DNA of 32,000 nucleotides from Formosa sp. Hel1_33_131 (GTDB lineage Bacteria; Bacteroidota; Bacteroidia; Flavobacteriales; Flavobacteriaceae). The stretch covers positions 2,460,001-2,492,000 of the forward strand of contig NZ_CP017260.1 of NCBI RefSeq assembly GCF_001735745.1, read 5' to 3'. Below are positions 9,432-17,101 of this stretch, piece after piece. The notes beneath the pieces were generated by a model that did no database searches, had not been told where the DNA came from, and saw only the letters and a program-made list of their open reading frames with translations. How positions within the stretch are numbered: position 1 is the first letter of the stretch; each line of letters starts with the position of its first letter. The translations under genes and the position numbers were made by a program.

Positions 9432-9511
9432 TGTCATTCTGAATTTATTTCAGAATCTCAATTAACTGAAATTCATTTTGTTTTAGAATCTGAAATAAAT
9501 TCAGATTGACA
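9432..9511. repeat. Palindromic REP/MITE-like element (two inverted modules), gene-less copy
   Basis: tgtcattctgaatttatttcagaatct (9432-9458) and its near-perfect inverted partner agaatctgaaataaattcagattgaca (9485-9511). Each module also forms its own 8-bp hairpin. Same family as the elements at 20870, 24919 and 25312. Confidence 0.85.
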
Positions 9512-9543
9512 AATCTGAGCTTTTTTTATGGCTACCTTAATGA

Positions 9544-10080
9544 TTATTTTTTTACCAGCTCAAAGTCAAAAACAACAGTAACGCTGTCCGCAATTTTTGA
9601 ACTGACAATACTTGGAATTTCAATATCAAAATCATTTGGAGTTATTTCAAACGATCCTTTAAAGTTGAACGAATTTTTAGAAGGTATGATTTCCACAGAA
9701 ACATTTTCAAGTGGTTTTGTAACCCCATGAAAACTCAACGTCCCGTTGATACTATAGGTGGTTTGAAGGTTTTCTATAGAAAAATCAGTGAGCTCTCCTT
9801 TAAAAATAGCTTTGGGGAATTCATCTGATTCCGCATAATTTTCATTAAAATGCTCTTCCATAAGCGCATTTTTAAAACGGAATCCTTTGACGAGGGCGAG
9901 GGCTGCAAATTGCCCATTGGCTGTATTTAAAATTGCGGTCACATTAGTATTGGTGGCCTTTATTTCTTCAAAGGCTTCAACACTAGCTTCAAAATTGAGC
10001 AGCCCTGATTTGGTGAGGTATTTCTCTTGAGAAAACCCAATAACAGAAGCAAAGGCGAATAGTAGGTATATATGTTTCAT
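9544..10080 (-). CDS. YceI-family periplasmic protein
   Basis: YceI-like lipocalin-fold signature (NGTLSFHGVTKP) and the signal peptide MKHIYLLFAFASVIGFSQ. I prefer the ATG at 10080; the ORF track start at 10107 adds 9 residues upstream of the signal peptide. Confidence 0.75.
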   Translation of the reverse strand: MKHIYLLFAFASVIGFSQEKYLTKSGLLNFEASVEAFEEIKATNTNVTAILNTANGQFAALALVKGFRFKNALMEEHFNENYAESDEFPKAIFKGELTDFSIENLQTTYSINGTLSFHGVTKPLENVSVEIIPSKNSFNFKGSFEITPNDFDIEIPSIVSSKIADSVTVVFDFELVKK

Positions 10081-10096
10081 CTTCTTATTTTTTAAG

Positions 10097-10462
10097 TTAT
10101 TCAGCAAATCCTTCTGTTTGCCACTGTATAATTAAATCAATAGATGCTTGTGGCATTCGCGATCCGCCGAGGGGCATAAAGCCGCCTTCACCAGATTGCT
10201 TGTTGATACGATCTATAAGATTTGTGTTTTCAATAGAACTTTGAACTTCGCCAAGTGTTGTTAAAGGCACTCCAGCACCATTGATTGGTGGATTGGAATG
10301 ACAAGCAATACAGTTGGAGTCAAATACAGTCTTAATGTGTTCTGTGTACGTAATCACTATTTCTGGATCTACTTGCTCTATCAGATCACTTTCACTCGCA
10401 TTTGTACAAGAGAGCATCAAAAAGGCAAACGTAATTGTAACAATAAATGATGTAATTTTCAT
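10097..10462 (-). CDS. Mono-haem c-type cytochrome-like lipoprotein (PSCyt1-like domain)
   Basis: Lipobox LMLSC, a single CIACH haem-binding motif, and a C-terminal ...MPLGG..MP......LIIQWQ..GF pattern as in the planctomycete-type cytochrome c domain. It sits immediately upstream of yceI on the same strand. Confidence 0.65.
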   Translation of the reverse strand: MKITSFIVTITFAFLMLSCTNASESDLIEQVDPEIVITYTEHIKTVFDSNCIACHSNPPINGAGVPLTTLGEVQSSIENTNLIDRINKQSGEGGFMPLGGSRMPQASIDLIIQWQTEGFAE

Positions 10463-10563
10463 AGGGATGGATAAATTTGTAAATTCAAATTTAATTCTTT
10501 TTTTGTTTAGTCAATATATAATTCAATATTAATCTTTATTTTTGTTTAACTATATTGGTGTTT

Positions 10564-10941
10564 ATGAGAAACAAAATAATATTTAGTATAATTATAGTAT
10601 TTGGTATAATAATTGCATACAATTATATGTATCCAGACCACCGATCCATTAGTGAAGAAACGGTTAGTTATACGTTAGATGCAGAATCTCTTTTTAATGA
10701 ATTTACAGAGGATTCTCAACAAGCAGAATTAAAATATTTAGATCAAACGATTATAGTTTCAGGGGTTATAACCTCTATAAACGCAAATAGCGTTACAATT
10801 AGTAATAAAATTTATGGTCAATTTGAGACTCTAAATAGTGATTTAAAAGTAAACGATTCGATTGCAGTTAAAGGCCGTTGCATCGGATATGATGATTTAT
10901 TAGAAGAGATTAAACTCGATCAATGTAGTATTATAAAATAA
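10564..10941 (+). CDS. OB-fold (tRNA_anti-like) membrane-anchored protein of unknown function
   Basis: N-terminal TM helix. The C-terminal ...KGRCIGYDDLLEEIKLDQCSIIK is characteristic of the Bacteroidota tRNA_anti-like/OB-fold family. The ATG at 10564 is preferred over the TTG at 10555. Confidence 0.55.
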   Translation: MRNKIIFSIIIVFGIIIAYNYMYPDHRSISEETVSYTLDAESLFNEFTEDSQQAELKYLDQTIIVSGVITSINANSVTISNKIYGQFETLNSDLKVNDSIAVKGRCIGYDDLLEEIKLDQCSIIK

Positions 10942-10944
10942 TAT

Positions 10945-11451
10945 ATGAAGTACCTGTTACTTATTTTAGCTTTCAATTTTTCATTGGCACAAACTGATGT
11001 GTTTGACTGTGCACGTACAGGAACAGCTGAAGAAATGGACGTCTTTTACACTACAAATCCAAAAATAGTAGATTCACTAAACAACAGAGGAAGTTCGCCA
11101 CTCACCTTAGCGGCTTATTATAACAACCTTGAAGTTGCCAACTACTTAATAAATAAAGTTGACAACATCAACGGAAATAGTAAAGATGGTACGCCTTTAA
11201 TGGCTGCTGTGGTCAAAGGACATGTAGAAATTGCCAAAGCCTTGATAGATGCCGGAGCAGATCCCAACCTTACCGATGCCAACGGTGCTACTGCTTTGCA
11301 CTATGCGGTGATGTTTAACAATCAAGAGCTCGCCACCCTATTAATGGACGCAGACGCCAGCGCTTTTATGAAAAACAATGTCGGCCAATCCCCTTTAGAT
11401 TTTGCAAAAATGCACAACGATAAAACCTTAAACACAATTTTAAATAAATAA
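10945..11451 (+). CDS. Secreted ankyrin-repeat protein
   Basis: Signal peptide MKYLLLILAFNFSLAQ, then 3-4 ANK repeats (G.SPLTLAAYYNNLEVANYLI; DGTPLMAAVVKGHVEIAKALIDAGADPN; NGATALHYAVMFNNQELATLLM; GQSPLDFA). Confidence 0.85.
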   Translation: MKYLLLILAFNFSLAQTDVFDCARTGTAEEMDVFYTTNPKIVDSLNNRGSSPLTLAAYYNNLEVANYLINKVDNINGNSKDGTPLMAAVVKGHVEIAKALIDAGADPNLTDANGATALHYAVMFNNQELATLLMDADASAFMKNNVGQSPLDFAKMHNDKTLNTILNK

Positions 11452-11468
11452 TCCTTAATACAAATACT

Positions 11469-12215
11469 ATGAAAAAAATTACTTTTATTTTAACATTATT
11501 AATCTCCTCTTACGGATTCGCGCAAAACGTTTCCACAGGTCAAGTCGCACTTACCACTGGATGTACTGTGCAGTTTGATGTTACCTCTAGTGAAGTTACC
11601 ATGACAATGGTTCTACCTGAGAATGATTGGTTAGCGGTTGCATTGGATGCAACAGGCATGGGAAGCACAAATAAAGATGTTATCGTATATGATAGCTCTG
11701 GTCTTCAAGATCGATATTTGAATGGACAAGTTACACCTCCAACTGATGGCACTGGCAATCAAGATTGGACACAATCAAGCAATACAGTAACTAGTGGGGT
11801 ACGTACGGTTGTAGCGACTAGAGATTTAAATACAGGCGATGCTAAAGATTATGTGTTTACGACCACAAACAATATAGCCCTCGCATTACTCTGGGCTAAA
11901 GGTGCTGGCACTTTTGGTTACCATGCTGCAAATAAAGGCTCTGCTGCTTCCACATTGGGTACTGAAACAATTGCTGTAATGCCAGAATTTGATGTGTATC
12001 CAAATCCAGCAGATTTAGAACTGAATGTAGAGTTTCCAGCGAGCATACAAAAAGCAACCGTTGCGGTGTACAGTGTTTTAGGAAGCTTGGTTTTTCAAGC
12101 TGAAATGGACCAGTGGAATTCAAAAATCAATACGTCTGAGTGGAGTGCAGGAGTTTTTATTATGAACATTAGCACCCCTGATTTTTCTCAAACAAAGCGT
12201 ATTATTAAAAAATAA
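11469..12215 (+). CDS. DOMON-like domain protein with T9SS C-terminal sorting domain
   Basis: Signal peptide. The pattern W-LAVALD...GM...DVIVYD...LQDRY......PP.D...QDW...VVATRDLNTGDAKDY fits DOMON/DoH domains. The last 80 aa or so (YPNPADLELNVEF...VYSVLG...G.F...I) fit the Por_Secre_tail T9SS signal. Confidence 0.6.
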   Translation: MKKITFILTLLISSYGFAQNVSTGQVALTTGCTVQFDVTSSEVTMTMVLPENDWLAVALDATGMGSTNKDVIVYDSSGLQDRYLNGQVTPPTDGTGNQDWTQSSNTVTSGVRTVVATRDLNTGDAKDYVFTTTNNIALALLWAKGAGTFGYHAANKGSAASTLGTETIAVMPEFDVYPNPADLELNVEFPASIQKATVAVYSVLGSLVFQAEMDQWNSKINTSEWSAGVFIMNISTPDFSQTKRIIKK

Positions 12216-12235
12216 CAACGATATATTATAATTTT

Positions 12236-12270
12236 AAAAACCATTAGATGTATTTCTAATGGTTTTTTTT
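12236..12270 (+). terminator. Rho-independent terminator
   Basis: A-run, then CCATTAGA (12241-12248) / TCTAATGG (12255-12262) forming a perfect 8-bp stem with a 6-nt loop, then T8 (12263-12270). Confidence 0.7.
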
Positions 12271-12281
12271 AACTTTAACCA

Positions 12282-13133
12282 ATGAAAAAATCTCTTACTT
12301 CCCTGTTTTTACTTTTTAGTGTGATTCTTTTTTCTCAAGAAGATTTATTGAGTGAAATTGATACAGATGACCAAGCTCCTGTATATGCTTCGGCAGTATT
12401 CAAAGGGTTGAAGGTGATTAATTTTGAGTCCACAAAGTTAGTAGCCAAAAAAGGGTTTAACTTTATTGTATCGCACCGATTTGGAACGGTCAAAAATGGT
12501 TTTGAAAATCTTTTTGGATTGGACGAAGCCGTGACGCATTTGAACTTTGTGTATGGAATTTCAGACAACTTTAATGTCAGTGCTTCTAGAAGCTCTAATC
12601 AAAAGATCTATGAAGTTGGTACTAAGTTTGGATTGCTTAAACAGCAAGAAGGTAAAATGCCATTTACAATCGTAGGATACGCCTCCATTTTAGTAAACAC
12701 GGCACTGGATACGGACAACTTGCCTAAGTTGATTTTTGAGCACCGTTTGAGTTATGTGGGACAATTATTGATTTCTCGTAAAATAACAAAAGAACTCTCT
12801 CTTTTAGTGGCTCCTACATTTTTTCATGACAACTACGTGATTGATGATTTACAAGAAAACTCTCAGTATGCAGTGGCATTTGGAAGCCGTTATAAGTTAG
12901 GAAAACGTTGGTCGGTGAATATGGAATATGGCATGCATTTGAACCGAAGCGCTACTTCATTATACAACAACCCGTTTTCTATTGGAGTCGATTTAGAAAC
13001 TGGAGGGCACATTTTCCAACTACATTTCACCAATTCTCAATCCATGAATACCAACGGCGTTTTTGGAACCAGTACGGGTGATTGGGGCGAAGGCGATGTG
13101 TATTTTGGATTTAATCTAGCACGCTCGTTTTAA
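12282..13133 (+). CDS. Outer-membrane beta-barrel-like protein (DUF5777-like)
   Basis: 283 aa with a signal peptide, alternating beta-strand pattern and a terminal ...YFGFNLARSF aromatic residue typical of OM barrels. It resembles the DUF5777 family that often sits near cytochrome c and YceI genes in Flavobacteriia (from memory, not searched). Confidence 0.5.
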   Translation: MKKSLTSLFLLFSVILFSQEDLLSEIDTDDQAPVYASAVFKGLKVINFESTKLVAKKGFNFIVSHRFGTVKNGFENLFGLDEAVTHLNFVYGISDNFNVSASRSSNQKIYEVGTKFGLLKQQEGKMPFTIVGYASILVNTALDTDNLPKLIFEHRLSYVGQLLISRKITKELSLLVAPTFFHDNYVIDDLQENSQYAVAFGSRYKLGKRWSVNMEYGMHLNRSATSLYNNPFSIGVDLETGGHIFQLHFTNSQSMNTNGVFGTSTGDWGEGDVYFGFNLARSF

Positions 13134-13150
13134 ATAGTGTCCCATAACAG

Positions 13151-14338
13151 TTAGTTTTCAAAGTCTATTTTAGTCACAATTTTTGGGATTTCACGAAGTT
13201 GCATTTCATTTTCGAGCTTATCAACTTGGTCTTTTAAATCTTTGGTTAAGATCTGTTTATTTCGCTTTTCCATAGGAGGATTTAGCTTTTCAGCATTTTC
13301 AAACTTAATAACATTTTCTAAAATATCTCTTGGGAGTTGTGTGCCAGCCTTGCTTAAAGTGTCTAAAAATTCACGTGCAAAAAACTCATCAATTTGAATA
13401 CGCCTTTTGGTAGTGTGTGCAAATTTACCAATGATTCTACAAACATTATCGCGATCTTCAGGGCTTAGCTTGTCAGCAAACTCATACTCTTCAATTTTCT
13501 TTAAACTTAAAATAATAGGTTCTAGAGCATCTTTGGTAATAATAAACACGTTATAATCGCCAATATTGTAATGAAACTGATCAATGACATCTAAGGTGTT
13601 AGAAGGGATTACTAAAAACAAATCATTTTTCACATTATCATGCTTAGCATATTTTTTCAAACTTTCAGTTTGTAGCTTGATATATTTTGGGAAGTTTGTC
13701 AAATCGTCATTTGCGGGACTTTTAGCATCAAACACAACCAACTGATCCATGATTTCAATAGAATTATCAGGTTTGTTTCTGGGATGCGGAAAGTCTTCTT
13801 GACTGATGTAAGTAATAATGTTATTTCTACATATTTGTTGAATATGGTTTTGAACATCTTTTTCGTGTTCAGACCATTTGTGTTTCATCTTCTCTAAAAA
13901 AACTTCCTTTTCTTTAACACGTTCATCGTTTAAACGGGCTTTCTCTTTTTCTAAAGAGTGCTGAAGGGTCACAGTAGCAGCAATGTTTTTATTCGATTCA
14001 AGTTGTCTGCCTTCTTCTGCTTTTTGTAATGAAATCGTTTCCCCTTTCAAATTATTTCGCTCAATTTCGAGTCGTTTTATACCTTCTTCTAATTTTGCTT
14101 TTTCAATTTTAAGTTGTTCAAAGGCTTCTGTTTTTGCAGAAGCAATTTCTAACTGTTTATTTAAATTGGAAAGATTTGTTTCTTTTTCAATGCCTTCTTT
14201 TTCTAACTGTGAGATTCTAGAATCTTTCTGTTCTAATTGTTGTTCCAATTGCAGCTCAATACTGGTATTGGGTCGTTTTAAATATAAAGCCAGTAAAACA
14301 AAGCCAATCACAATACAAGCCAGAATGATAAATTCCAT
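13151..14338 (-). CDS. RmuC-like protein: N-terminal TM helix, long coiled coil, PD-(D/E)xK-like C-terminal domain
   Basis: 395 aa. TM helix at aa 1-20. Heptad-rich, E/K/L/Q-rich segment at aa about 25-150. KPDNSIEIMDQLVVFDAKSP matches the RmuC PD...(D/E)xK pattern (E. coli: PDVIVRLPQGKDVVIDAK), followed by LFLVIP as in RmuC's MFIP. Confidence 0.5.
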   Translation of the reverse strand: MEFIILACIVIGFVLLALYLKRPNTSIELQLEQQLEQKDSRISQLEKEGIEKETNLSNLNKQLEIASAKTEAFEQLKIEKAKLEEGIKRLEIERNNLKGETISLQKAEEGRQLESNKNIAATVTLQHSLEKEKARLNDERVKEKEVFLEKMKHKWSEHEKDVQNHIQQICRNNIITYISQEDFPHPRNKPDNSIEIMDQLVVFDAKSPANDDLTNFPKYIKLQTESLKKYAKHDNVKNDLFLVIPSNTLDVIDQFHYNIGDYNVFIITKDALEPIILSLKKIEEYEFADKLSPEDRDNVCRIIGKFAHTTKRRIQIDEFFAREFLDTLSKAGTQLPRDILENVIKFENAEKLNPPMEKRNKQILTKDLKDQVDKLENEMQLREIPKIVTKIDFEN

Positions 14339-14402
14339 AATAGATAAGTTAAACCTTTTAAAAAGGTGTTTGGTTAAAAGAAAATCAAAAGAGATGAATC
14401 TC

Positions 14403-14900
14403 TTAGGCTAAATTAAGATATTTTTTCTGAACAAAATTAAACCCAAGAATCATCACACCAGAATAAAAGAAATCTCCTAAAAGTGAATTTCTAAAAAATG
14501 GAATTGCAAGGGTGTAGCATTCGATGAAACCTGTTAAGTTTTTTGGATAAGACAGAAGCCATACGCCAAAATTAGTAATGACGAAAAAACTAACACTGCC
14601 TAAGAGAATTGTAAAGACACTCGGTTTTTTGGTTTGGGTTCCAATAAAACTGACCCCTAAAAAGGCAGCATATACAAAGATTGAAATGGAATGAAACCCT
14701 AGAAACAAATCCGATAATATCATGATAAAAATTGGCACTAAATACGCCATAGATTTATTGGTAAAATAAAGACCACCAAAAAGAGCAATTGCGGTAATAG
14801 GAGTGAAATTTGGGAGGTGGGGCATCAGTCTAAATAAAATAGCAACAAGCATAAATGCTATTATAACGATTTGTTTTTTAGACAAGTAGGTATTTGACAT
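14403..14900 (-). CDS. Small polytopic membrane protein (DUF6580-like putative transporter / ECF S-component-like)
   Basis: 165 aa with about 5 TM helices. The N-terminal RLMPHLPNFTPITAIALFGG motif is typical of the DUF6580 family. It has its own TATTTTTG -7 box upstream on the minus strand. Confidence 0.55.
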   Translation of the reverse strand: MSNTYLSKKQIVIIAFMLVAILFRLMPHLPNFTPITAIALFGGLYFTNKSMAYLVPIFIMILSDLFLGFHSISIFVYAAFLGVSFIGTQTKKPSVFTILLGSVSFFVITNFGVWLLSYPKNLTGFIECYTLAIPFFRNSLLGDFFYSGVMILGFNFVQKKYLNLA

Positions 14901-15004
14901 AGGAATTATTTTCTACAAAAATAATAATAATTCGATTAATTCCATCTATATGTATTAGAATTTTTTACATTTGACCCGAATTTTGGTTTGGATATTTGCT
15001 TTAT

Positions 15005-15165
15005 GAATATTCAATTAAAAGGGAATCTGGTTAAAATCCAGAGCTGTTCCCGCAACTGTATACTTAGTTTTGCGTTTGCAAAATGCTTTTGATACTATTC
15101 TTTGTCACTGGAAATTTCTGGGAAGACTCATCAAAAGACGTAAGCCAGGAGACCTGCCTTATTCA
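15005..15165 (+). promoter_or_regulatory. Cobalamin (B12) riboswitch
   Basis: Conserved core aaaagggaatctggttaaaatccagagctgttcccgcaactgta (15017-15060), gtcactgg...gggaaga, and the B12 box agccaggagacctgcc (15143-15158). It lies about 80 nt upstream of the TonB-dependent receptor ATG. Boundaries are approximate. Confidence 0.85.
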
Positions 15166-15243
15166 AAAAACAATGTTAAACTTTCGGGATAGAAGTTTTC
15201 ATACTAAAAAGTATGCCTTATTATCTCGAGTAATTAAATTTAA

Positions 15244-17091
15244 ATGACCTACAAATCCTACGTATTAATCCCACTATTTCTATGTGCTCAAACTCAAATC
15301 AGTGCTCAAACCGTTTCTGAAGAATCTCTTGATGAAGTGGTCGTCACCGATTCTCGTTTTAAATTAAAACGTGAAAATTCTGGTAAAACAGTGATTAAAA
15401 TTTCTCAACAAGAAATAGAAAACAACCAAGGGCGAACCATTTCAGAATTAATTAATACTAAAAGTGGAATCGAAATTAATGGCAGTCGAAGCAATGCCGG
15501 GCAAAATTTAGGAGTCTATATTCGTGGTGGACGAAACCGTCAAGTGTTGGTTTTAATTGATGGCATTCAAGTGAGTGATCCGTCTCAAATCTCTGGAGGT
15601 TATGATTTTAGATTGCTTAATCTTAATCAAATCGAATCCATTGAAATTATCAAAGGAGCTGCAAGTACACTGTACGGCAGTGGTGCCGCCGCCGCCGTTG
15701 TCAATATTACAACCAAAGCTGCCAATGCAAAAAAAATAAGTGCTTTTATTTCCTCGAGTATAGGAACAAATCAAACGGAATCCGATCAAAACTATAACAT
15801 AGCAGATTTTAATAACAGCGTCGCTTTTAGTGGCACAGTTAATAAATTCACGTACCGAGCTGCTTTTAACAATCAATTTTCGGATGGTCTTTCTGCTGCA
15901 ATTAGCGATACCAATGAGAAAGATGCGTATTCTAAATATGGTCTAGACGCCAACCTTGGCTATCAATTCAGTACTGCTTTTTCTTTAAATGTGTATGGAA
16001 ATTTAACAGATACAAAATCAGATATTGATGGCTATGATGCGAGTTTTAATTTTGTGGATACCAACGATGAATTTAACAGCAAACAAGCGCGTGTAGGATT
16101 GTCATCTCAATTCAAATACAATAAGGGAAGTCTTAATTTGAATGCAGCCTTTAGTGAATATGATAGAGAATTTGTTTCTACGTTTCCATCGCTCTATAAA
16201 TCCAAAAACCTTGTGTTAGATGTGTATAATAAATATGTGTTTGACGATGCATTTTTTACGATTATTGGACTGAATGTTATTGAAAATAATGCCACCTTCA
16301 CAACTGATGAAACCTTTGATATTACAGATCCTTATGCTAATTTTGTGTATGTTTCAGACTTTGGTTTTCACATGAATGCAGGGGTGCGTTTGAACAATCA
16401 CAACGCATACGGATCTCATTTTATATATAATTTTAATCCATCCTTCACGCTTAAATCGAATAAGGGATATACAAAATTTTTCGGGTCTTACAGTACTTCT
16501 TTTATCACGCCTTCCTTATCTCATTTGTATGGAAATTTTGGAGCAAACCCTAACTTAGAACCAGAAGAAAATTTAACCATAGAAGCGGGGATAGCTTTTA
16601 AATTGAATGACAACTTCAGAATTTCTGGGTTGTTCTTTAATAGGGAAGAAAAAAACACGGTTTTATGGATTGATGGCGGATATCTGAATGCGGCGGATTT
16701 ATTACACGCAAAAGGCGTTGAGATTGAATTGAAAGCAACACTTTTAGAAAAACTATCTATTGAAACCAACTATACCTTTGTTGAATATAAAGAAGCGTTG
16801 GCACGTAGAATCCCTAAACACAAAGCGAATGTTCAATTGGGTTACGAAGTTTCAAAAACCACCTTTGCATCTTTGTCTTACCAATATACAGACGATAGAT
16901 TTGAAAATAGTTTCGTACCGAATTTAGAGAGTTTTAGCGTATTGAATTTCTATATCAGTCATAGTGCCTTAAAAAATAAAGTGACATTTTTTGCCGGTCT
17001 TGATAATCTTTTAAACGAAGCTTACGAAGACATTCCTGGCTATGCAACCAAAGGGCGAAATGTGAGATTAGGGTTTAATCTTACCCTTTAA
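15244..17091 (+). CDS. btuB: TonB-dependent receptor, BtuB-type (vitamin B12/cobalamin uptake)
   Basis: 615 aa with a signal peptide, TonB box/plug region (DEVVVTDSRF...IEIIKGAASTLYGSGAAAAV) and a 22-strand-barrel-sized C-terminus. It sits directly behind a cobalamin riboswitch. The size matches BtuB rather than SusC-like receptors. Confidence 0.8.
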   Translation: MTYKSYVLIPLFLCAQTQISAQTVSEESLDEVVVTDSRFKLKRENSGKTVIKISQQEIENNQGRTISELINTKSGIEINGSRSNAGQNLGVYIRGGRNRQVLVLIDGIQVSDPSQISGGYDFRLLNLNQIESIEIIKGAASTLYGSGAAAAVVNITTKAANAKKISAFISSSIGTNQTESDQNYNIADFNNSVAFSGTVNKFTYRAAFNNQFSDGLSAAISDTNEKDAYSKYGLDANLGYQFSTAFSLNVYGNLTDTKSDIDGYDASFNFVDTNDEFNSKQARVGLSSQFKYNKGSLNLNAAFSEYDREFVSTFPSLYKSKNLVLDVYNKYVFDDAFFTIIGLNVIENNATFTTDETFDITDPYANFVYVSDFGFHMNAGVRLNNHNAYGSHFIYNFNPSFTLKSNKGYTKFFGSYSTSFITPSLSHLYGNFGANPNLEPEENLTIEAGIAFKLNDNFRISGLFFNREEKNTVLWIDGGYLNAADLLHAKGVEIELKATLLEKLSIETNYTFVEYKEALARRIPKHKANVQLGYEVSKTTFASLSYQYTDDRFENSFVPNLESFSVLNFYISHSALKNKVTFFAGLDNLLNEAYEDIPGYATKGRNVRLGFNLTL

Positions 17092-17101
17092 TAATCAACA
17101 G

